A stretch of 64,000 bases of DNA from Selaginella moellendorffii (lineage: Eukaryota; Plantae; Lycopodiophyta), in NCBI RefSeq assembly GCF_000143415.4, contig NW_003314261.1:6728817-6792816 (forward strand), read 5' to 3'. Shown in pieces: positions 1 to 9,939 of this stretch (positions within the stretch are counted from its first letter, which is position 1; each line of letters starts with the position of its first letter). A model generated the notes under the pieces. That model saw only the letters and a list, made by a program, of their open reading frames with translations. It searched no databases and was not told the DNA's origin. The position numbers were made by a program, and so were the translations under genes.

Positions 1-1418
1 AACGGCCCACTGCTCATGCGTTCAACTTCATTTTTCAGGCGTGCTCACTGACGGTATGAAAGATGATAGGAGTACTCTCACCTTACTTTTTCTCGGACAG
101 AATGAACAAGATCGTGCCCTGCGTGTACTGAGAACAATGAAAACCGCGCGTGTACCTCCGGACATCTGCACGTACACGGCCCTTTTTTGCAATTTTGGTA
201 GCGTTAGCGTCCCTTATGCAGGGGGTGATCAGTCGTCTCACGAGGACTTGACTAGCAGACTGGGAGCGCTTGAAGCAGATATGCTGGCCTCTGGCATTCA
301 GCATTCACGTCAGTCTCTGACGGCTCTGGTATGTAAAACCTTATGTTCATAGCGGCTAATTGGTTCCTTCTTTTCATTCTTCAACTAGATGCGAGGATTA
401 GGATCAGAAGGAATGCTTGGTCCTGCTCTCAAGCGGCTATTAAACGCAGAAGCTTTCTCTGCAGAGGATGGAGCTCCATTCTTGGACGCTTTTGCATACA
501 ACACTGCAATGTACTCATGCATTATGTTCGACCAGGTTTGCACGTCCCATCTTTAGAGTTTGGCTGCTCTATTTGTCAGTCTAACCCTTCGCAGTTTTCA
601 GAAGCCAAGGAACTCTTTACCAGGATGTCTGCAAAGAATCTCAAGCCAAATCTTCACTCGTACAACATTATGATCTATGGATGCCTGCGGTCTAAAGATG
701 TAACTTATGCCAACGAGGTTTTAAAGCGGCTACAAGACGACGGCCTTAGTCCGGATTCGGTTACATACAATTCGCTCATCAAGGTCAGTAGCCAACCTGT
801 TTAGTTTTTCCTTCTATTCTATTCTGATTCGGCTGATACATCCAGGTTCTTTGTGCTGCAAACGAGCTAGAATCGGCACTGGAAGTTATCCAGACAATGG
901 ATAGAACGGGCATAGAGGCGGATATCTACTCGTTTAACACAATCATAGGTGCTGCGGCAGTCCGGGTGAGCTATCTTGCCTTTCGTTTGCGGGTTTACCT
1001 TTTCTAGTCTAAATTCTCTTCTCAGGGTCGTATCGACATGATCGAGTTCTTGATAGACGACATGAAAGACCGCAACATCCCTCCAAACTCCTACACCATT
1101 CTCAAAGTCATGATCACGTACATATACCTCAAGAGGCTGGACGACGCGATCGAAGCCGTGCGAACGTTGAGCTCCCGAATGCTAGAGGGCGCCAGCAGCA
1201 GCGGCAAGAGCACGATCCAGAGCGCGGTGGAGGTGTTGATGCAAGACAACAGCGAGCTCGTGTCGGAGATGACCGAATCACTGGGCAAAACCATCGAGGA
1301 AACCGGGGATCCGGAAGCTCAGGCCCTCTACACTTTAAATCTAGCGAGCCTTGCCGCTGGGACAGACGAGAAGTGGGCGAGCGAGAAGAACTCCAAACAA
1401 GAGAACGAGAACGCGTAA
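1..1418 (+). CDS. Pentatricopeptide repeat (P-type PPR) protein, 3' part, multi-exon; resembles Arabidopsis At1g76280-type PPR
   Basis: PPR motifs PDICTYTALF, PNLHSYNIMIYGC, PDSVTYNSLIK and ADIYSFNTIIGA lie across short GT-AG introns. The segment FGSVSVPYAGG...LEADMLASGIQHS recalls At1g76280. Stop TAA at 1416-1418; 5' end is outside the window. Confidence 0.85.
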
Positions 1419-1654
1419 AGTTTTAAAGTTTTAAATTCAAATTCAAAAGCTTCCCGCCATTTCTCTAAAAATAAAAGTGTTGAGTGTATGGAATCGAAAG
1501 GTTGGGTCGCTCTGGCGCCAGGAGCAAGGCGCTCTCGCCTGAGCTGGATCATGTGTGGCAACGGCGCTGCCGCCTACTTCCTCGATCGATAACAGCAGCG
1601 CCGAGCTATCGACATCTCCTCCAGGTGAGGGTAACCCAGGAAATCGGCCCTTAG

Positions 1655-2122
1655 GTCGGGGTCGAGCCCGATCGCGCAAAATATGGCAATACTGCGCTCC
1701 GGATAAACCTTCCGTCCCGGGACATCGATCGCCATGGCGAGAATGACGCGGCGAGGGAGAAGAGGCTGGAAGGCATCGTGGAAGAACGTGGTCAGAGTTA
1801 TGAGGCCGACGAAGAGAATGGGAATGGGGATCCATATCTCGGGATTGGCACAAAGCCGGCAACTCCACCGCTGCCCCTGGACCTCGTCTTCCAGCTCATG
1901 GATTCCGGGCGCTTTAGGGAGATCTCCGAGGCCGAGTTCAAAGGAAGAACCAAGCTCTTTCGATTGCTGCTGGTCATTGGAATCCTCTCCGTGGCTGCTG
2001 GGCTCGTTTACTACTTGGTCCTCTTGGATTTCCAGCTCTACCACCATCCTCGCCCCGTCCAGTTCATGGAGATGATGTATGGACAGGTGATCCAGAGCTT
2101 GTGGAGCAGCAGCAGCAGCTAG
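1655..2122 (+). CDS. Putative small single-pass membrane protein (start unresolved)
   Basis: Open frame from the AG acceptor at 1654 to TAG 2122 with a hydrophobic segment (LFRLLLVIGILSVAAGLVYYLVLL). No in-frame ATG found upstream of 1898. Part of it is duplicated at ~6547-6690. Confidence 0.3.
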   Translation, partial: VGVEPDRAKYGNTALRINLPSRDIDRHGENDAAREKRLEGIVEERGQSYEADEENGNGDPYLGIGTKPATPPLPLDLVFQLMDSGRFREISEAEFKGRTKLFRLLLVIGILSVAAGLVYYLVLLDFQLYHHPRPVQFMEMMYGQVIQSLWSSSSS

Positions 2123-2878
2123 AAGGGAAAGGAAACCACTATGCTTACACGCTGAGGTTCGTCATGTTTTGCATCCTCAACACCACCAATCCAAACAAGA
2201 ACGTGGATTTCTACCATGCGGATCTCGAGATACTGAGGTGAGGTCTGCCCACTGGCTATGCGATTGTGGAGGACGTTTTTCACCCGCGGTCTTCTTTGAT
2301 TCAGCCCGAGTTTTCATAGGTTCTATGGGTGTGCCTTTGCCTCTGCGGGAGATCCGGATCCGGAGATCCACAACTACGACTTTAAGCTACCCGAGAGTAT
2401 TTTTTTTCTTTTTTTTCTTTTTTTTTGTTTTGTTTTGGTTCTTACTCGGTGTGTTTGATTCAGATGCAGGTGGAGGTGATCACACATTCGACCATGGTTC
2501 GAACGGTTGAAATCTCAGCGCTTTCGTATCTAACAAATGCCGACGGGCAAGCTTTTGCAAGATTGCAAGTACGCGAGTGCTGATGAATGGCATTCCAGAG
2601 ATGCGGACCTCAAGCTAGACTGAAAGTCTGGATTCGAGGAGCCGTACAAACTTTTCAGAGGTAGAGTTTAAATTCTCTCTCTCTCTCTCTGTCTCTGTCT
2701 CCCCTGTTTGTTTTTGCGATGCCATTTTGTCTTGAGCCAAGGATCCTCATTTGTATTGTATATCCTTTGCCATCTTGCGTTTCATTACGTTTTTTTGTCC
2801 TAGCCGTAAGATCGACAGTAGTACGCTGTAACTGCTGTAATAACCCTTCATGTTAACGAGATAAGCAACTCTCTAAGA

Positions 2879-3073
2879 ATGTCTCCTCGCCTCTTGGTCT
2901 CGCTTTCGTTTCTCCTACTGCTTGCTGCAAATGCAAATGCCGCCAGTGATAGTAATCTGGATGGTGATGCAGGTATCAGAATGTTTGGCGACGTCGGCTC
3001 TGACCCTCCCAAATCCATCGACTGGAGAACTTTGGGAGCCGTCACACCTGTTAAAGATCGTAAAGGATGCCAG
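2879..3073 (+). pseudogene. Orphan exon 1 of papain-like (C1A) gene
   Basis: Reads MSPRLLVSLS...[23 protein letters not shown], then breaks exactly where the GT donor would be. It is joined to sequence also found upstream of copy 2 (~6980-7070). Confidence 0.8.
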
Positions 3074-3248
3074 ATTGTTTACTTGCCATGCCATTTCTAA
3101 GCCAGCCTCGTGCATTGTCTTTCCTTGACTCATTCTCAGTAGTAAATCTGTTCAAGTCAACCAACACTGTTCACCCGCATGAGTCTCGTGGGGTGTTGTG
3201 ACCTGCTATATAACCCTTCGTTCTCTCGAGATAAGAAACTCCCTAAGA

Positions 3249-4244
3249 ATGTCTCTGCATCCCTTGGTTTCGCTTTCCATCCTCCTATTACTGCTTGCTG
3301 CAAATGCAAATGCCGCAAGTGATACTAATCCGAATGATAATGCAGGCATCAAAATGTTTGGCAACGTTGGCTCTGATCCCCCCAAGTCCATGGACTGGAG
3401 ACGTTTGGGGGCCGTCACACCTGTGAAAGATCGCAAAGGATGCCAGAGTATAAATCTTTAATCCTTTTTTCGCACTTTAGTGGTATATCACGATACAGAT
3501 GGTAGCTGGGCTTTTGCGGCAGCAGAAGCCATCGAGGGAATCAACAAGATTGCGACTGGAGTGTTGGTGGAGCTGTCGGCGCAGCAGCTGCTGGATTGCT
3601 CCCGGAGCTACGGTACCGATGGCTGCCACAGCGGGTTTCCCCAGAACGCATTTGATTACCTTGACGACACAGGGAATGGCCTCTCCACCGCATCGGATTA
3701 CCGCTTCACAGGATTCAATGGCACCTGCCGAAAACACGTAAGTGCGTGCGTGCTCTTGTGTTTCCATTGTTTTTTACTAAAGTTGTGCTCTTCCAGAACC
3801 GCTGCTCCGTAGGCATTGACAATTACGACTATATCGGGAGCTCCAGCGACGACACTGAGATCGTCAAGCAGGTTGCCAAGCAGCCCGTGACAGCTCTAAT
3901 CGATGGCAACGCGCCGGAGTTCCATCGCTACAAAGGGGTATGAGAAAAATCATTCTTTTTTGAAGGAGAACACGCTCAAGCCCAAAGTTCTAAAAATGCA
4001 GGGGATTTACAAGGGCCCGTGCAAAGACGACCAGGCAACGCCGTATCTAGCAGTGCTCATCGTCGGCTATGGATCAGAAAACGGCCAAGACTATTGGATC
4101 ATCAAAAACTCGGCGGGGACAAACTGGGGAGAGCAAGGCTACATGAGGCTGCAGCGTGGTAACCATGGCCTTCCACTGGGTCGATGTGGAGTAAATGGCT
4201 TCGTCTACTTTCCTGTCAAAGAGAAGGTACGACCATCTCCATAG
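3249..4244 (+). CDS. Papain-like C1A pseudoprotease copy 1 (signal peptide, no I29 prodomain, catalytic residues substituted, C-terminal tail cut by TAG)
   Basis: Exons 3249-3447, 3499-3737, 3797-3937, 4002-4244. Motifs [29 protein letters not shown] and YWIIKNS. Active-site region reads KDRKGCQNGSWAF and PYLAVL. Stop at 4242-4244 precedes Pro-rich coding sequence. Confidence 0.85.
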
Positions 4245-4639
4245 CCACCATCACCATCTCCGCCACCACCACCACCGTCATCTCTGCCGCCACCCTCTCC
4301 TCGACCACTGCCATCACCCTGCAGTTTTATTTTGCCGTTCCATACTTCGCATTAAAATGTACTCTCTTTAAACATGTTTACCTTGACTAAATTCCCTTAG
4401 AGAATTTCCAAACTTCGAACTTGTTTAAAAGAAACTCAAATTATGATCCCATCCCACCATGGACTTGCATAGCATTTGGTGAAATACGTCACTACAAGTT
4501 TGCCTCCAGACCAACGACTGAATGATGGTTTTAACGTCCAAATTTACAGAGGTGGCTATTATTGTTGTGTAAGAATGTGCCCTTAAGCCACCAGACTTGC
4601 AGCGTCTTATGTTTCCGTGGTTTTGAACTTTGCATGTCA

Positions 4640-5085
4640 GAACGGCATCTCTTTTGGCATTAGTACAACTATGACAATTTACTATGACAATTTCTACAGC
4701 TCCAGCAATGACATGGACATCCTCAGGCCGTGACAGATGAATTTAACTAACAAAGGGGTATGAGAAAAATCATTCTTTTCTTCTTTTGTGAAGGAGACCC
4801 TAAAAATGCAAGGCCCGTGCAAAGACGACCAGGCAAGTCTACATCTAGCAGTGCTCATCGTCGGCTATAGATCCAAAAACAGTGAATACATGAGGTTGCA
4901 GCATGGAGCCCATTGGCTCCCACTGGTTCGATGCAGGGTGAACGCCTTCGTCTACTTCCCATCAGAGAACCATCTGCATGATCGTCTCCGCCACCACCGC
5001 CATCTCCGCCGCCGCGCTCTCCTCGACTATCTCTCTCCGCCATCACCCCCAGTTCCGTGCTACAAGAGGATTAGCTGCAGCTTTG
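4640..5085 (+). pseudogene. Degenerate fragment of papain-like gene (exons 3-4)
   Basis: Deleted and frameshifted copy: [19 protein letters not shown]...[14 protein letters not shown]. Retains intron-3-like gtatgagaaaaatcattc. Confidence 0.8.
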
Positions 5086-5181
5086 TTTCGTCCGGGCCCT
5101 GGTGGAACAAATAAATGTACTGCCTATTCTCTTTAAACATGTATGTATTTTGCTGTAATATCTTTTAAACATGTTTAAAAG

Positions 5182-6423
5182 CTAGTCACTCTCCTCATCA
5201 CCAAAGTGTTCCTCATTCTCCTCATCACCAAAGTCTTTCTCAATCAGCGATTTGGGGTGAGTTCTGCAGCACGTATCTATCACAAACTGGGCTTCAATTA
5301 CCATATCCTTTTGCAAGAGTTTATTAGCCAGAAGCTTGCATGTCTTTTCATTTGGCTCCACCAGGTTACAGAAGGCCTCGAACTGGAACATCAAACGAGC
5401 AACTTCGGGATTCTTCTCGGTGTAAAGAATCTCCTCCAAAACCCGAGGGAAGCCCTGACTTGTTGCTCTTGTTGCAAGCTCAAACACCACACCGGCACTG
5501 GAGTTGCGATCGTCTAAACTCTTGGCTAGTGCCTTGTCGTCTAGCTTAATCAGCCCCTTCTTTAAGTTTGTGACGAGAAAATGCTTCCCCAGCCTTTCCT
5601 GGAGATCAAAATACAAATGCTTCTTGACCAGCTTGGGTGTAACATCCAGTGCCATTCCCATGCAGATGGCTTCTCTGATGATAGACGTGACAACATCAGC
5701 GTCCTGGGATTTGTTCAGCAAGATCTGATAAGCTTGCACTGGCTCCTCGACAATCTCAAGTACTACACCCATTATCTTCCTCCAATCATCATCACTATAA
5801 TCACTGCTACTTTCTAAGAGGTTTGAGCTTACCACCAGCTTGACGCCCTTGGCCCTGGCCTCCTTTGCAACCAAGTGTTTGAAACTTAGCTTGTGCGAGG
5901 AATTGAAAACTTTCTGGTAGACACTTGGCTCCGCTGTTATACAAGGATGCTCATTGATCATCTCTCGAAACAGCCTCTCCAAATCCTCAGGAGCAAAGTG
6001 CAAATGGACCAGATTCTCAAACACCAGAATCTCCCTCCTCAGATTCAGTTTCCTCATCTTTTCCATGGCAGAGGACACCTTGTGCTTGAGCACTCCGGTG
6101 TATTCCCTGTGATTATATTGATGCGGGTGCGCAAGAACTCTTGTAAACGTCTCCTGGTCGCAAGTTTCGTCCAGCATGTCTAGAGCCAGCATCATAAAAC
6201 CGCCATCGAGAACCCTCTGCACCATCCTGCTGTGACATCTCTTGTTGGTCACCTTGTGGAATCCCCATGCATGCAGTGGCATTGCCCTATCCAAAATCAC
6301 GTTGATTACCTCGTCCGGGAAGAGCTCCTCGAATTCTAAGTAGAGTTTGCCAAGCGCACTGCAGAAATCCGTGTCCAGCTCCTGATTCTCTATCACCACA
6401 GCCAAGACCTCCCTCGCCCTCAT
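5182..6423 (-). CDS. Intronless 413-aa protein of unknown function, predicted alpha-helical (degenerate PPR-like repeats), acidic C-terminus
   Basis: Long uninterrupted ORF with helical-repeat-like segments (AMEKMRKLNLRREILVFENLV, LFREMINEHP, AKEARAKGVKL). Paralog remnant at 8376-9366. Confidence 0.7.
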   Translation of the reverse strand: MRAREVLAVVIENQELDTDFCSALGKLYLEFEELFPDEVINVILDRAMPLHAWGFHKVTNKRCHSRMVQRVLDGGFMMLALDMLDETCDQETFTRVLAHPHQYNHREYTGVLKHKVSSAMEKMRKLNLRREILVFENLVHLHFAPEDLERLFREMINEHPCITAEPSVYQKVFNSSHKLSFKHLVAKEARAKGVKLVVSSNLLESSSDYSDDDWRKIMGVVLEIVEEPVQAYQILLNKSQDADVVTSIIREAICMGMALDVTPKLVKKHLYFDLQERLGKHFLVTNLKKGLIKLDDKALAKSLDDRNSSAGVVFELATRATSQGFPRVLEEILYTEKNPEVARLMFQFEAFCNLVEPNEKTCKLLANKLLQKDMVIEAQFVIDTCCRTHPKSLIEKDFGDEENEEHFGDEESD

Positions 6424-6546
6424 CCCTTTTGGAACTTTTAGTAATAGGTATGGATATTAGCCAAGGTAGCTTTTCCAAAGCCAACAGAGCCATATCGATA
6501 TCCGGGTGACAGTGATCAATCTTCCCTTCGTACGTCACTCATTCCC

Positions 6547-6960
6547 GCCATGGCGATTGTAAAGCTACTGAGATCATCGTGGAAGAACAGGGTGGGTTAC
6601 GAGGACGATTTGGGATCCATATCTCGGGATTGGCACATGCACAGCCGCCAGCACCGCTGCCCCTGGAGCTCGTCTTCCAGCTCATGGGCGGATTCAGCCC
6701 AAGTTTTTCACACGCTGGATCCAGATTCACAACTACGACTTTAAGGTCCTCGAGAGAGTTTTCTTGTTTTGGTTCTTATGATCACATATTTGACCATGTT
6801 CCGTACGGCTGGGTTGAAATCTCAGCGCTTTCGTGTAAGGTTCGATGTCTTCTCTATTGCGAGGCTGCAAACGCGGAGTTCTGATAAATGATATTCCGGA
6901 GATGCGAGTTGGCGAAATAATCAAACTGTGGATTGGACGAGCCGCCAATATTCATTCAAG
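6547..6960 (+). repeat. Diverged, internally deleted duplicate of 1731-2650
   Basis: Shared strings include ggatccatatctcgggattggcac, ccgctgcccctgga.ctcgtcttccagctcatgg, cacaactacgactttaa and gttgaaatctcagcgctttcgt. Confidence 0.8.
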
Positions 6961-7183
6961 CACTTCAGAGGTTCCCAATTGTTTACTTGCCATGCCATTT
7001 CTAAGCCAGCCTCGTGCGTTGTCTATCCTTGACTTCATTCTCAGTAGTAAATCTGTTCAAGTCAACCAAGTCTCTATCAATGTGTTAGTGTGATGGACAG
7101 TGTGTTCACCCGCATGAGTCTCGTGGGGTGTTGTGACCTGCTATATAACCCTTCGTTCTCTCCAGATAAGAAACTCCCTAAGA

Positions 7184-8355
7184 ATGTCTCTGCATCCCTT
7201 GGTCTCGATTTCCATCCTCCTATTACTGCTTGCTGCAGATCCAAATGCCGCAAGTGATACTAATCCGAATGGTAATGCAGGCATCAGAGTGTTTGGCGAC
7301 GTTAGCTCTGATCCCCCCAAGTCCATGGACTGGAGACGTTTGGGGGCCGTCACACCTGTGAAAGATCGCAAAGGATGCCAGAGTATAAATCTTTAATCCT
7401 TTTTTCGCACTTTAGTGGTATATCACGATACAGATGGTAGCTGGGCTTTTGCGGCGGCAGAAGCCATCGAGGGAATCAACAAGATTGCGACTGGAGTGTT
7501 GGTGGAGCTGTCGGCGCAGCAGCTGCTGGATTGCTCCCGGAGCTATGGTACCGATGGCTGCCACAGCGGGTTTCCCCAGAACGCATTTGAATACCTCGTC
7601 GACACAGGGAATGGCCTCTCCACCGCATCGGATTACCGCTTCACAGGATTCAATGGCACCTGCCGAAAACACGTAAGTGCGTGCGTGCTCTTGTGTTTCC
7701 ATTGTTTTTTACTAAAGTTGTGCTCTTCCAGAACCGCTACGCCGTAGGCATTGACAATTACGACAATTTCTACAGCTCCAGCGACGACACTGAGATCGTC
7801 AAGCAGGTTGCCAAGCAGCCAGTGACAGCTCTAATCGATGGCAACGCGCCGGAGTTCCATCGCTACAAAGGGGTATGAGAAAAATCATTCTTTTTGAAGG
7901 AAAACTCGCTCAAGCCCAAAATTCTAAAAATGCAGGGGATTTACAAGGGCCCGTGCAAAGACGAGCAGGCAACTCCGTATCTAGCAGTGCTCATCGTCGG
8001 CTATGGATCCGAAAACGGCCAAGACTATTGGATCATCAAAAACTCGGCGGGGACAAACTGGGGAGAGAAAGGCTACATGAGGCTGCAGCGTGGAAACCAT
8101 GGCCTTCCACTGGGTCGATGTGGAGTAAATGGCTTCGTCTACTTTCCTGTCAAAGCGAAGGTACCGTCTCCGCCATCTCCACCACCACCATCTCCGCCCC
8201 CGCCGCCACGACCACGACCATCTCCACCGCCATCACCCCCAGTTCCGTGCTACAAGAGAATTCACTGCGGCTTCACAGGCATTCCGTGTTGCTTTTCCTG
8301 GAAAGCCGTTTGCTGCCCCATGTGGAAGCGATGTACTTTCTCTGGATGCGCTTAG
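7184..8355 (+). CDS. Papain-like C1A pseudoprotease copy 2, with Ser-Pro4 linker and short 8-Cys granulin-like tail
   Basis: Exons 7184-7382, 7434-7672, 7732-7872, 7936-8355. Same active-site substitutions as copy 1. Ends [59 protein letters not shown]. Confidence 0.88.
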
Positions 8356-8375
8356 GATTTGTTTTAGATTGATTT

Positions 8376-9366
8376 TTATGTTTTGAAATGTCTCTTGGTT
8401 CTTGGGCTTAAGCACTTTAGGGAAAAGAAGGATTCCATTCTTAGGATCATCCCACCTCCAATTAAGTCTTCCCACTCTTCCGCTCTCTGCTCAAGACGAA
8501 GTTTGAGTTTCTTTTCAGTTGGATCTAGCACCACTCCCTTCTCACAAGCTTTTCTAACAATGGAGACAACGTCATGTAAGTTTTGAACACTGTCCAACGC
8601 CAACTTATAAACTATTGCTAGTTCCTCAACCATGTCCAGTACCAAACTCATATCATCAGATGCTCTCAAATGCAGATTGCTCAAACTTTTTGAGTCCAGC
8701 TCCACGCCTTTAGCTCTTGCCTCCTTGAAGACCGAGTCAGCGGATGGGGAACTGTCAAAAACCTTTTGGTAAACCTCTGGTTTTGCAGCAAGACTAGGAT
8801 GTTCGTTCACCATTTCAAGGAAGATATGCCCTGGTTCTGAATAGAGGAGCAAATAATCCTCAAACAGGACCATCTCACACTTGTATCCTAGACTCTTCAC
8901 CGTGTCCATTTTCTTCGCTAGTTTCATCCAGGTTTATCAGCTATGCATTTCAGGATCACACTTGTGAAGGTCTCTTGATCACACTTCTCGTTCAGCAAAT
9001 CTGGAGTCACAACTAGAAACCCTCCGTCAAGACTCCTCTTCTCTTTCCCGTGAGATTGTGAAAATGCCATGCTTTGAGTGGCATGGCCTTATCAAGAATC
9101 AAATCGATCAGCGCATCAAAGAATACCTCCTTGTGCACTGCATAGAGCTCGCCAAGCTTGTCAAGGAGCTCCCTGTCTAAATCCACGCATCGCAGAACCC
9201 TAGAAAAACTTGAAATTTTTACATAGTTCCCAAGAATCTTAGCAATCATGTTACCATGTGGTAAAGCCGCAAAAGTCTGATGTTTGCGCTTGGAAGCACG
9301 CAAAGAGCCAAGCTTTGTTTTGTTTTCATTCCGATTAATCAATCCTTTGTTCCTTGGGAGCAGCAT
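8376..9366 (-). pseudogene. Broken paralog of the 413-aa helical protein
   Basis: Two ORF pieces align to 5182-6423: ILDKAMPLKAWHFH vs ILDRAMPLHAWGFH; EMVNEHPSLAAKPEVYQKVFDSS vs EMINEHPCITAEPSVYQKVFNSS; KEARAKGV. A stop and frameshift fall at ~8930-9015. Confidence 0.75.
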
Positions 9367-9939
9367 ATTAATGCAAGCAGGGATATTCTTTTACCCGGTC
9401 GCCAACGGTCGTAACATGCACCACGTTCGTTCGTTACGAACCGAATCAAAGGGGGGATGGATTTTGAGCCATTTTGCTCGAGTGATCACTGCAATGTAAC
9501 AGAGGGGGAGCTCAATTCGCTCTCTCACGCTTTTAAATCACTCCCATTCAAAAGTATTTTTTTTAAAAATGGCCATGATCAACCGATCACTCCTCCTTGA
9601 CAATTCGTCCCCTGCATTGAGCCGCAAAGCTTTGCGCAGAGAAACGTTTTCCTCTTTTATCTCATTGGCTTCGTTCTGTTCAGAGTCCAGGATGAAGAAA
9701 CATCAAAGATCTTAAAAAACTGTGAAACGAGCTCACACACGTTAGTCTGTGTCGGTTTTCTGGCCTGCATTGTGGAAACTGTTTGGGCCGTTTTGCTGCC
9801 AGATCCTAGAACACATGACTTATATAAGTTCCCTCAAGAGCAAACCTTTAACATTTCTTAACAAGCCCTTGCCTGGTAAAACAGTGAAAGACTCCAAGTT
9901 CTTCCACTCCTTCCTTGAGATTCTTGCGTTTCCAAGACA

